64,000 nt of DNA from Felis catus (taxonomy: Eukaryota): contig NC_058368.1 of NCBI RefSeq assembly GCF_018350175.1, positions 13,952,001-14,016,000 of the forward strand, written 5' to 3'. This document shows, piece by piece, positions 14,268-26,187 of this stretch (the first letter of the stretch is position 1; each line of letters begins with the position of its first letter). The translations under genes and the position numbers were made by a program. The notes under the pieces were generated by a model, which ran no database searches, had not been told where the DNA came from, and saw only the letters and a list, made by a program, of their open reading frames with translations.

Positions 14268-16964
14268 GTATGGGGTTATCTGACAGGAAAATATACTTTA
14301 AATGTTTATAAAGATTCACGTACTTCTCTTTATATTCTACTGGTTATTAGATTTGTTGAAGCTAACTTGATTTAAAATAGATAAATAGAAGTGTATGGAA
14401 AGTTTGCCTTGTATATTAAGGGAAAACTTGAAGAATGGAAGATACTTTCTTTTGTATTAGACAAACATAATTACCAATTTTGCTTTTCTAGGTTTTAGAA
14501 TCTCAATAGTGTGGAATAAATACTATGAAATCTATCAAGAAAATAAACAGTACCTTTTTACATAGTACTTAGTTAAACCTTTACATAACTGAAAATTCAC
14601 AACATGTACTACAATTCTGCGTAATGAGCACTTCAACTTTTTCGAGCTCTGTGCTCTTCAGTTTGACCTATGTGGAACTATAATAGGGGGTACTAATAGC
14701 CTTGGGATAAGCATGTTGAATTTTTAGCAAGTGTCCAATTTTTTAAGAGAAATTTTGTATTAAAAAGATATAGACTAGAACATAAAAATTGCATGGAATT
14801 GTTATGCGTTATTTCAAATAACTTTGAAATCTATGAATTTTCATTGCCAATCCTTTACCTCCCTCCAAGTTCATTCTCTTTGGTGTTAGATGCACTTCAG
14901 TAGAAATGTTTTGAAATATGGTCACAGAGCCACATTATTCTCCAAAAATAAGTTCAGAGCTTGAAATACTGGTTTTTTTTTAAGCCATGAATCTTTAGCA
15001 TAAGTTTCTTCTGATGTAAAAGGGTTTTCATAATCTTAAAAGTGCTGGTATGACTCCTCACAATATCATATCTGATCCTTAAAAGTAGCTCAGACACCAG
15101 AAAATCCTGTATACTATTTTGATTTATGCACAATTAATTTTAATACTAGTAGAACAAAACAGTAAATAAGAAATAATGGAGTGAAGGATAAGTTAAACAT
15201 GAATGCTTTTTAAATTTAAACAATATTAAATTTTTTTTTCTTAGAGTATATTACAATCATTTCTAATTGCTTTCAAGGTGGCATCTATCTCTATTTAGAG
15301 TGATTTAACATTCTCTGTATTGGTTACTGATGGTTAACTTGATGAAAAATGAAATTCAAATTTAGAACATCTTTTTAATGATGATACATACCATCTTTAA
15401 ACCGTTCTGTAAATTCTGGCATTCTTTAATAGGAATTTATTTGCATAAGCATATATATACACATGTGTAGAACATCATACAATTTTTGGGTCTTCATATC
15501 TGGGTTTAAATCCCTGAAGTTTTGTTTGTTTGTTTTTGAAATAAAGTGGCTACCACTTTATAAAGTGCACTTTAGAAAATGAGCCACAATTATATACATA
15601 GTAGTTTGCTCGTGCACAATTCACGAGCTTTGAGATACAAGATGATAGTAATCTTGACTAGTACTATCATGCAGAAGTTCATATGGTCATTTTTCTATTA
15701 TAAAAGCTCCTTAATTCTCTTGTCTTTGCTTCTCAATGGTAGCAATTCTGATAACACAAAACTTAGACACTTTTTGTTATTTTAATCATTGAATTAACGT
15801 CAGAAAATTACCTGTACCTTACTTTTCAGTAGAGAAATTAAAATTTAGACAACATAGTAAAGAAGCGCTAATAACCAACAAAATATTACTGAGTTCTCAC
15901 TCTGAATATTTATAGCATGTTAAGTTCAAAGAGGCATTTTTCATTTACTAATGTACAGGTATGACAGAAGGTAGTTAAACATCTATACTGAACTGATAAG
16001 AGAATTTCATAGTCTTAGCACTTGTTTATCTTTAAAAAATCTGTCCAGAAAAGAAGACCTGCAATAACAAAATTAAACTGACCTGCTTGATTATATGTAT
16101 AATAAATAATAAATATTAATAATTATGTCATTAAGCAAAAATTTAATAGATCACTTTTTGTGACATACATATGAGGTGAGGTGAGATAAAGTTTGGGAGA
16201 AAGATTTTAATTTTTTAGAAAAGTATTTATAGGTAAATATTTAAGAAATCTATGAATTTGCCATTGCAGCTAATTGCTTAAAACTGCTTCATATTAACTG
16301 GGGTTTTAATAAATGCTTGATTTCTATCTAGAATTTTTGCTTAGAAAGAGATCATCTGGCTAATATGCAGTAACCATAAACTTTTTTATTGAGTAATGAA
16401 ACATTGTATTAAAAGATTTCTTAAAAGTTGGCATATCAGTTGTCACAATTTTATCATAAAGATTGCTTACTTATTGTGGCATTGAGTAAGATTAGCCAAT
16501 TATTTATTGATGAAAATAACCACCTTAAATTCCTATTTTGAAATACATACATAATAAATTTTTTTAAAGTCTCAAATTCCAGGTATTGTGATATTGGATA
16601 ATATATATTATATATCCGTAACTATTTAAGTTTATCCTAACTCACTTTTTAAATTAATTGATGATGAATTATTTAGAATGTGTATGTGTATTGATTGTAA
16701 TAACTTGTATAGTATCTTTGATCCTTAGGAAGTGCTTTAGAAATTGAGAAAATGAAGTATAGTTATTTAGATGTGTAATTTCTTATAAAGAGTGATAGAT
16801 AGCAGAACTACTCACAATGTCTAGAGATGAGAAAGAAATCAAGGCCAGGAAATTAAATGTATAATTTTTCTGTTATCTGGTGAGCTGGTGTATCTCTCAT
16901 ATGCACGTAAACACATGAACAGAGTGGATATCCCTAGTAATGCATTTAAGTTATACTTTCAGAG

Positions 16965-17205
16965 ACTAGTAGGTAACAGAGAGGGCCCTGGAGCCATATT
17001 GCCTAGGTTTTAATCCTGACCCTACCACTTAGTAGAGTGTGTTCTTGGGCAATGTGATTAGGGTATTTATGCCTCACATTCCTCATTTTAGGAAGGGGCT
17101 AATACTAGTACTTACCTCATAGACTTGTTGTGAGGATTTGTGCACTTAATAATTGTAAACCACTTGGAATAATGCCAGGCAAGGAGTAAGTGCTCAAAAT
17201 TGTTA
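16965..17205 (+). mobile_element. MIR SINE remnant
   Basis: ctggagcca...aatcctgaccctaccactt...ttgggcaa...cctcatagacttgttgtgaggatt...agtaagtgctcaa. Confidence 0.7.
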
Positions 17206-17670
17206 ATGGGACAAGGAATATTTCCAGAATATATTTTATTAAGCATAGATAATTCTAAAAGAAAATATGGTCAACTATCACTTTTTTATTTGAAAATAAT
17301 CAATTTACAATGTTAAACCATTGCACCTTTGTATATTTTTGTCTACCTTTCCCTGCATACAGCCAATGTATGTATGTGTGTCAGTGTATATGTGTGTGTA
17401 TATTCTGGGAATTTATAAAATCTATTTTATATATTTGCTAAGGAAACTTAATGGTAACGCTGATGGAAAAAATCCTAAAATTCAAATACCATGTTTGTAG
17501 TTATCTGGTAACTTAAAAATTCTTAATTAGAATGGCAGTTCTGGAGGACAATTAGATGAATATACATGTAGAAATGACAGTTGCTAACTTTTGCTCTTTC
17601 AAAAAGTGTATTACCTTGACAGATGGCAGCTCACGACTAGAGTTCAGAATAACTTTATTTTCCTTTAAAG

Positions 17671-17771
17671 ATCTTCTAGTTGATATGTTGGGGGTTCTTG
17701 CCAGCTACAGCATCACTGTCAAGGAGTTGAAGCTTTTGTTCAGCATGCTTCGAGGAGAAAGTGGAATCTGG
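17671..17771 (+). CDS. NBEA: Neurobeachin coding exon (exon 3), 101 nt, (D)[33 protein letters not shown]
   Basis: Acceptor tcctttaaag|AT, donor TGG|gtaagc; 232+101=333 restores phase 0. Confidence 0.97.
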
Positions 17772-18010
17772 GTAAGCTGTGGTCAGAGGGAAAAGTATTC
17801 AATATCAGTGCATTAATACTTAATGTTCAACAATTTGTCTCTAGAGAGCTATAAACTGGAACTTGTAATGGAAACTGTTCCCTTTAAAGAGTTTAGTAAA
17901 TGATTTAAAATTAATTTCTCTCTAGTTAGAAAACAGTCCAGTGTCTAACATGATATATTAGGTAATTTTGCTAAATTTGCGCAGTGACATTTCTTTTCTT
18001 GTTTCCTCAG

Positions 18011-18106
18011 CCAAGACATGCAGTAAAATTGTTATCAGTTCTTAATCAGATGCCACAAAGACATGGTCCTGATACTTTTTTCAATTTCCCTGGTTGTAGT
18101 GCTGCG
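18011..18106 (+). CDS. NBEA: Neurobeachin coding exon (exon 4), 96 nt, [32 protein letters not shown]
   Basis: Acceptor tttcctcag|CCA, donor GCG|gtaagt; in frame. Confidence 0.97.
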
Positions 18107-18129
18107 GTAAGTTTTAAATATGTATATTT

Positions 18130-21030
18130 ATTTTTATTTATTTTTAATTCATCTCTGTTAAAGTATAATTTACATCCAATAAAATTCCCTTATTTCAAAG
18201 TACGGTTTGATGAGTTGTAAAGTTGCATAATCACCACCACAGTCATGATTTTGAACAATTCCATCACTTCCCACAATTCCTTGTATCTGTGTGAAACCAG
18301 TCCCCTCTCCCCAGCCCTGTCCCTTGCAACTTCTGATTTATTTTGTGTTTTTATGATTTTGCCTTTTCTGGAATTTCATATAAATAAAATCATTCAGTAT
18401 GTAATCTTTTCTGTCCTGCTTCTTTCACTTATCATAATGGTTTTGAGGTTGCCCATGTTGTAGCTTCCCAGAAGTTTATTCTCTTCTTTTTATTCTGGTT
18501 TGTGTTACATTTTATGGATATACTACAGTTTATCCATTCACTAGTTTATGGGCATTTGAGTTTTTAGTTTTTGACTCTTGTAAATAAAACTGCTATGAAC
18601 ATTTGAACATAGATCTGTAGGCATGTTTTCTCATCTCTTAAGTAAACATATGAGTGAAATTGCTGGGTTTTATGCTAAGTGCGTGTTTCATTTCATGAGA
18701 TTGCTTTCAGGCAGATTGTTTTCCATAGTGGAAAATTTTGCATTCTCATCAACAGTGTATGAGAATCTGAGTTGATCTGCACCCTGGACATTGTCCATCT
18801 TTTTAATTTGAGGCATTTAAATGATTATGTAATGGTACCTCATTGAAGGCTTAATTTTGTATGCCCTAATGTTTGATGATATTGAGCACTTTTTCATGTG
18901 TTTATTGGCTGTTTTTACATCTTCTTGTGTCATATTTGTGTTCACATCTCTGGTTAAAAAAATTGGTTGTTTTATTATCTTAAGAGTTCGTTATGTATTT
19001 CAGGTATAAGTTAATTTGTCAGATGTGTATTTGTCAAATATTGTTTCCAATCTGTGGCTTTTCTTTTTATTTTCTTACCAGTACTTCTTAAACAGATTTT
19101 AATTTTGATGAAGTTCAATTAAACTTTTCTTTCTTTGTGGCATATGCTTTTGTAATCTAAGAAATCAGTATACACCAGAGTCACAACATTTTTTTTTTTT
19201 TTTTATGCTTTCTACTGAGAGTTCTTTTGTTTTAGCTCTTATATTTAGGTCTAGGATCCTTTTTTGTGTGAATTTTTAAAATATAATATGAGGGTTTCTC
19301 CTCTTTCTTTGCTCCCCCCCCCCAACTTGTGCCTTCTCTTTCAAGGTAAATAAATAAACATTTAAAAATATGCTATGAGGAAGGTTGGAAGTTAAAGTTT
19401 TGTTTGTTTTGCATATGATTATTGAATTTCTTCATAACCATTTGTTAAATAGTCCTTTAACTTCGAATTTTCTTGGCACTTTTCTTGAAAACTGTCTGGC
19501 CATGTTTGTGTAAATCTGTTTCTGAACTCTGTGTTTGGTTCCTTTGTCCTCTGTTTCAGCTTTTATGCCCAAATCAGACTTTTTGTCTTTTATTTTCATA
19601 GCTTTATAGTAAGTAGTTCTTGAAATCAGGTTGTATATAAGTACTCCAACTTTGTTCTTCATTTTAAAATAATTTTGACTACTCTAGATAGCATTTACAT
19701 GCGTGTGAATAAACTTGTCAAATTTTATAAAGTGCTTACTGTGATTTAGATTGTGTTGTGTTAAATCTGTAGAATAATTGGAGAGAAGATATTGAGTCTT
19801 TCAATTCATAAACACATTATAACTCTTACTTTAGTTTTCTTTGATTTTTCAGTGTTTTATATTTTTTAGCACACATGTCTTAAAAAGCTTTTGTTAAGTT
19901 TATCCATAAATATCCATATTGATTTTTGCTAGCATACAGAAATAAAATTGGTATTTTATTTTTTTATAATGACCTTATATCTTGAGACCTTGCTTAAATT
20001 CACTTTCTAGTCCTAGCAGGTTTTTAGTAGATGCCTTAAGATTATTTACAGATATTTTTGTAAATAAAACCAGTATTATTAATATTTTTTTAGCTTACAA
20101 TCAGTATACCTTTTTATTTCATTTTGTTGCATTACTGTACTAGCTAGGACTCTAGTGCAGTATTTAATACAGTAATATCCTTGACTCATTCTAGCTGTAG
20201 GGAAAGCTTTAAGTATTTCACCATTAAGTATGGTATTAGTAATTAGGCTTTAAGACATGTCCTTTTTCAGGTAGAGGAAATTCCTTTCTGTTCCTATGTA
20301 ACGGAAGTTTTTTAATTGCCAATATGTTGATAATTAGTGTTGAACTTTGCTGAATGCTTTTTCTGATTTTATTGAAGTAATCGTATGGCTTTTCATCTTG
20401 ATCCTTACTAGTGTGGTAAAATATAATGATTGACATTTCATTGTTAAGCCAAACTTTGTGTTCCTGGGATAAAAGCTACCTGGTCACTATGTTTTAACCT
20501 TTTAATACAATACTGGATTTGATTTGCTAAGGTATTGCTAAGAAACTTTGCAGTTATTTTTATGAGTGATTTGGGGGTATAGTTTTCTTTTCCTATAATA
20601 TTTTTCTCTGCTTTTGGTAATAGGGTAATTTCTTATAAAATGAGATGGGAACTGTTAATTTCTTTTTTTTAAAGAAGTTTATGTAGAATTGATATTACTT
20701 ATTAAATGTATGCTAGAATTCACTATGGTAGCCATCTAGGTCTGAAGTTCTGTTTGGGGAAGGTTTTAAACTATGAATTTAATTTTTATAATGGATACAG
20801 GGAGCTTTTCTATTTCCTTTTGAGTGAGCTTTATAGTTTGTGTCTTCCAAGTAATTTGTACTGTTAATCTAAGTTGTTGAATATATTGGCCTAAGCTTAT
20901 CATTATATCCCCTTCTTATCTGCTTAATCTCCTCTTTCATTCTTGATACTGGAGGGGTTTTTTCCTGATCAGTCCTAGCTGGAGGTTTATCCATTTTGCT
21001 GTTCTTTTCAAAGAACTGTCTCAATCTGCT
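18130..21030 (-). mobile_element. Ancient L1 (L1MD/ME-like) 3' end plus ORF2 remnant, beginning about 25 nt after the exon 4 donor
   Basis: gtataatttacat...ttttgccttttctggaatttcatataaat; ORF remnant KNKVGVLI...TYYKAMKIK...GLFNKW; boundaries approximate. Confidence 0.75.
19293..19362 (+). mobile_element. 5'-truncated CanSINE 3' fragment inside L1
   Basis: CT-rich tract plus aaataaataaacatt; degenerate TSD aaaatataatatgagg / aaaatatgctatgagg. Confidence 0.65.
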
Positions 21031-23856
21031 TGATTTCATTGTTCTTATCTACATTGTAGGATTGTAGAGAATATGTATAAGTTTTGACTAGAAGAACTGG
21101 TTTTGATTTCCGGATCCTCTACTTCATTACTGTAGAGGACTGGTCTCTTAATGTTTCTTGGCTTACTTTCATGTGAGTCACGAGTACTTTATCATGGAGT
21201 AGTGTTACTATGAGACTGTAATGAAATAATATGTCATTTAAGGACTATATAAGTTAAACATCATGTAAATATTTTTTGCTCCTTGGTTTTTATTATAAGC
21301 ATCTTTGTAGTCTTCCATTTTATCAGCCGTTCCTGTAATTTCATATTTTCTCTTAATATTTCGTTACTAACCTTTTTTTAGAGTTACAATTTCCAATCTT
21401 AACACAATTGTGAAACAAAAATAGGAAAAATAAAAATTGAGAAACAAAAATAGGAAAGTTAAAAATCTTTTTCCAGATGAAAGCTAATAATTTTACATAT
21501 CAGATTGTTAGGGTAGAACACATATCAAACGTACATTGTGGATTGTGACAGAGAAAAACTGTCACTGTCCGTAAGAAAGTACCAGTTATCTTAGATGTAA
21601 TAATTCTGTTTACATATGTAGATCTATTTTAATACATTTTATAAAATTGTTAGTGATCTGACATCTAGTAGATCTCACTTTAAGGGGTAAGAGAAGGGCA
21701 AGGTGTTTTGACAGAAATATGAGCAATTGCTGTCTTATTTACAGCTAAACAGAGTGTTAAAACTTTGTTTTAATAAATTATCTGAATTGCCTCAGTAACG
21801 TTGCACCTCATTCTGTTTTTAGCCGCTTGACCATTTACCTCAAATCTATGAATATTTTCTATCTGTATGTAAACACACATACATGCACACACACACAAGG
21901 GATTCTGCTTATATGCTGTTAGTAGTATATGTTTGACTTGTTCACATTCAGGAGATGTTGATGGACTTAACACTTATCAGTTACTCTTTTCTTGGTTTTC
22001 CTTGCATCACTCATTTTCATAAAGAGTAGTTTCAGTTAAGACTATATTCTTTGTAGAAGAGGAAGCAAAGAAGGAACTGTTTTTTATTGGAGTCATACAA
22101 GCTATATATAAGATAAATGACATTATTGTTGTTACATTTGTTGAGGAAACAGCCTCAACAGTGTAACATTGTTCAGGGTCAAAAGCAGAGTCATAGCTTG
22201 AACTAAAATTTTCCTGACTTTTAAGTGCAGTGTTTTTGTTTTTTTGTTTTTTAACAACAGATTGGCTTATTTCCGGGTATGTTACCTCTGCTATTGAACT
22301 GCTGAAAAATTCAGATAGGAGCTGATTTTAAAATCCTTATTACCATTATAGTGTTTTTGATCATTTACTTCTGGATGAGCGTGATAGTAACTAGAGAGTA
22401 CATGCTGTTTGGATCACTGTTGACTGTCTGGACCAGTCTTTGGATCGCTAAAATAATGACACTGCTTGCTTTCCCTCTAAAATAACCATATGTACTAGGC
22501 CTTCTAAAGTACATTTTATACTGTGGAGGTGCCTTTCTATGAGCTATGCTGCCTTCATATGAGCAATTTGGAATGGAATTGTACACAGTGATTCACATAA
22601 AGGTGAATGACAAATGTAAGATGATATTTTATATGCTCTGTGACCTTTATGGATATACTTATTTAGATTTGTCTTTCATGATTATGATGTTTCATGAATC
22701 TCCTTAAGAATAGTGAATTTTTCTATTTGTGAGTTTAGTGAAAGCATTCCATCTACACATCAGAATTATTTCTTTTGCAAATCACAAAAAATAGGAATGC
22801 AGATTTTGGAGTCTGTTAGACTAGGGGACAGTGAGGGATATAGATTTTGGCACAGTGAGGGACATCCAATTGTGGGTACCAGAATGTTGTAGAAGGAAAT
22901 AGGGAGGAAGAGTAAAGACTGCTTGACTCCATAATCACAAAGGTATCCCCAAAGACATGCCATTAACACAATGGGACTAGAAGGAAATAAGTGTTACGAT
23001 CAGGCACAAATGCTTTGAATGTAAATGTGCCTGGTTGCACAAAGGCAGTACTATACAAAGTTAGCTTTTGTGCATTGATTAAGGGAGGGTGTATGCGTTA
23101 GTTAGTTCAAAAGAGTAGAAAAAGGCTAGTGATACAATGTGCGCTTATAGAAGGCTTTGGTTAGTATAGTAGTAGGGGCTAGAATTGAGAGATTTCAGGT
23201 CCCTAAAGCATTTATTCTAGATGTTATATACTAAATTTAATTAAGAGAATGTCTATCAGTATAGCTGTCTTGTTGAAGAGATTGCCCATAATAGAGATCC
23301 TTATTTATCCATGGAATTATTGGAAGTCCACAGTGAAATTGAGGAAAATGCTATTCTAGAGTCTCTCACGTGTGTGTTTGGTATGAGTGGTAGCAAGACT
23401 AAAGACTATTATTATTTCATTATCACTCAAGGTTAGAGTTTTCTCTTGTGAGATTTTTTTTTTTCCATTGTATTTTGGTTCACTAGTGTTTGCAACTATA
23501 TGTGATTTAGGGCTCTTTCATGCTACCATGGAGATAATAACAAATGATCTCTTGGACCACCTGTCTTTTTTCTGGTGGAAAGAATGGGTCTAGAAACTTG
23601 AAGAGCAGCTTGGCTCAAATTCTTCCCTGTATCTCTTAGTTTAATGCAGTCTTTAAGTTCTAATTTAGGGTCTGGTAGACTGAATGATGAAACTGGTGAT
23701 ACAGAAGTTGCTAAGGCCATTGGCAGGGGATAAGTCCATGATTTTCTGATGTTTATACCTTCATTGTTTTTTGATCTGTAAAGGTTATATTTGAAATTAG
23801 TTACTGTCACATTTTATGTAACTGATACTTTTGTATCTTTTTCCATTGCCTTGTAG

Positions 23857-23978
23857 GCAATCGCATTGCCTCCTATTGCAAAGTGGCCTTATCAGAATGG
23901 CTTCACCCTAAATACTTGGTTTCGTATGGATCCATTAAATAACATTAATGTTGATAAGGATAAACCTTATCTTTATTG
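23857..23978 (+). CDS. NBEA: Neurobeachin coding exon (exon 5), 122 nt, [40 protein letters not shown](C); start of ConA-like/laminin-G-like domain
   Basis: Acceptor ccttgtag|GCA, donor TG|gtaagt; read manually, not in the ORF track. Confidence 0.96.
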
Positions 23979-24044
23979 GTAAGTAATATATTTAATTTTA
24001 GCACTTTTGTCTTAAGTATTTCAGTTTTATAAATACGTAAGAGT

Positions 24045-24265
24045 GGGGCGCCTAGGTGGCGCAGTCGGTTGAGCGTCCGACTTCAGCCAGGTCACGATCT
24101 CGCGGTCTGTGAGTTCGAGCCCCGCGTCGGGCTCTGGGCTGATGGCTCGGAGCCTGGAGCCTGTTTCCGATTCTGTGTCTCCCTCTCTCTCTGCCCCTCC
24201 CCCGTTCATGCTCTGTCTCTCTCTGTCCCCCCCCAAAAAATAAATAAACGTTGAAAAAAAAATTT
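24045..24265 (+). mobile_element. Young SINEC_Fc-type CanSINE, 66 nt after the exon 5 donor
   Basis: Perfect 15-bp TSD taaatacgtaagagt (24030-24044 / 24266-24280). Confidence 0.96.
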
Positions 24266-24305
24266 TAAATACGTAAGAGTACCAAGGCAACATATTAAGT
24301 AGAAG

Positions 24306-24306
<1 letters not shown>

Positions 24307-24337
<31 letters not shown>
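24307..24337. repeat. (TG)n microsatellite
   Basis: Directly visible. Confidence 0.95.
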
Positions 24338-24339
<2 letters not shown>

Positions 24340-25721
24340 ATATTTGTATATGTTAAAACTATAAAGATACAATTACGTAAATTTATTTTATTTATGTATT
24401 TCTTGCTGTTGATTCTAGGCAACCTGCTTCACTACTTTTTTTCCAATTACAGTTTAAAAGTTAAGGGTTACAAACCTTCTCTGTCCACTACACATCAGTC
24501 AATATCGATTAGTTGTGGGAGGTTGTTAGTGTACATGCTAATCCCTGATAAGGGGGAGGAAAAAAAAGAGAGTACTGCCAGATTTTATTTACTTTGCCTT
24601 TTTACTGTCCTTGTTCTATGAGCATAATTAAGGTATGCTTTAAAATGTTAATAATAACTATGATGTAAGAAAATACAATCAAATAATAAAATTAATTATT
24701 TGATAGATAACTAACAGTATGGGTTGATGAACCCAACAGTAGGTTGACTTGTAAGGACTGATAGCTTGGAAATTTTAGTTTGCCAATAATGCACAGTAGT
24801 GAGAAGAACATCAAGCTTTCATTGATTGCCTTAGTATATACTAGGCATTGTAAGTGTTTACATGTAAGTGTTACCTCATTTAACATTTGCAGTGCTCTGA
24901 AATAAGACTGTCTGAGGCCTTAATCTTCACTACTTACTTATTGATCCTGTGCTTTGGTGTTTTCAACTTTAATAAATTGAGGATGATAACAGTACCTATC
25001 AGATAGGTTAATGAGAATAATTAAGTGCTTTTGTACATTGGTTCAGAAATATGAGTATAGAAAAATGTGAGCTATTAATAGCTTATCAGCTCTGTTACAA
25101 AAGATTACATGTGGGTAGTAATGAGAGAGTTTTAAACAAAAATCTGAACCTCCAAACATAAATGGGTTGAACTTCAGAATGGTCATTTGGCAGATCATAC
25201 ATTTATTTCAATAAGACCATCATTTTGGAGAGCATTTACAGTTTGTGCTAGGAGTACAATTTACAGCTAGGAGGTGTGCCCCCTTAGAAGAAGGTAACTA
25301 TTTCATAGATACATCTTTTTTCTTCTTTTGACTAAAAATGTATTCCTGTGTTTAGTTACCTACATCATTTATCAGACTTGGCTCTTTTTTTTTTTTTAAT
25401 TTTAATTTGTAAGCTATTTTGAAAGATATAATAGAATTAGAGAGCAAGTTGTTTTTGAAACAGTAGCTTTGTAAATGGTTTCTGTATTTGCTAATTTTGG
25501 TGGTCCTTGAAGGTAAATGAAATCTACTTGGTAAGATTTTATATTAGTTTGTTTTTGTGTATTTGTGATATTTTACATTGAAATATCAATAGGTTTTGTA
25601 GTTTTCTATTTTCTCAATTTAAATTACTTCTTTTAGTTCTAAATCTAAAAGGTTTTAGTCTTTATTTGGTACATATAATACCCCTTCTGACTCTATAGGA
25701 AAATGAGTTTTTATTTTATAT

Positions 25722-25952
25722 GCAGATTTTTAAAAAGTTTGTTTATTTTTGAGAGATAGACAGCATGAGCAGGGGAGGGGCAGAGAGAGAAGAGACAGAA
25801 TCCCAAGCAGACTAGGTGATGTCAGCCCAGAGCCTGAGGTGGTGCTCTAACTCACGAAACTGTGAGACCATGACTCAGAGCTGAAGCTAAGAGTTGGATG
25901 CGTGACTGAGCCACGAAATGAGTGTTTATTCTATATTTGGGGCCAGGTGCCC
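25722..25952 (-). mobile_element. CanSINE with a 28-bp insertion in its head
   Basis: gactgagccac[28 nt]ccaggtgccc; flanks gaaaatgagtttttatttta / gaaatgagttttatttta. Confidence 0.88.
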
Positions 25953-26060
25953 TGAAATGAGTTTTATTTTAAAGTAATGTTTTATATTATTTTTATAATG
26001 CTTTTTAGATATATGGTTCTTTGTATCAGAGAATGTTAAACAATCCTATTTTCTTTACAG

Positions 26061-26187
26061 TTTTCGTACGAGCAAAGGAGTTGGCTACTCTGCTCACTTC
26101 GTTGGCAACTGTCTAATAGTTACATCACTGAAGTCTAAAGGAAAAGGTTTTCAGCACTGTGTGAAATACGATTTTCAACCACGTAAG
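26061..26187 (+). CDS. NBEA: Neurobeachin coding exon (exon 6), 127 nt, (C)[42 protein letters not shown]
   Basis: Acceptor tctttacag|T, donor AAG|gtaggt; 122+127=249 restores phase 0. Confidence 0.96.

Noticed and set aside
15608..15628. Perfect 7-bp hairpin gctcgtg-cacaatt-cacgagc
   Set aside because: Too short to exceed chance in 64 kb; no extended pre-miRNA-like stem
17611..17622. taccttgac resembles a U12 branch point
   Set aside because: The upstream donor is GTATGG, not the U12 RTATCCTT consensus
24045..24130. tRNA gene suggested by A/B-box-like sequence
   Set aside because: It is the tRNA-derived head of a CanSINE, followed by a CT tract, A-tail and TSD
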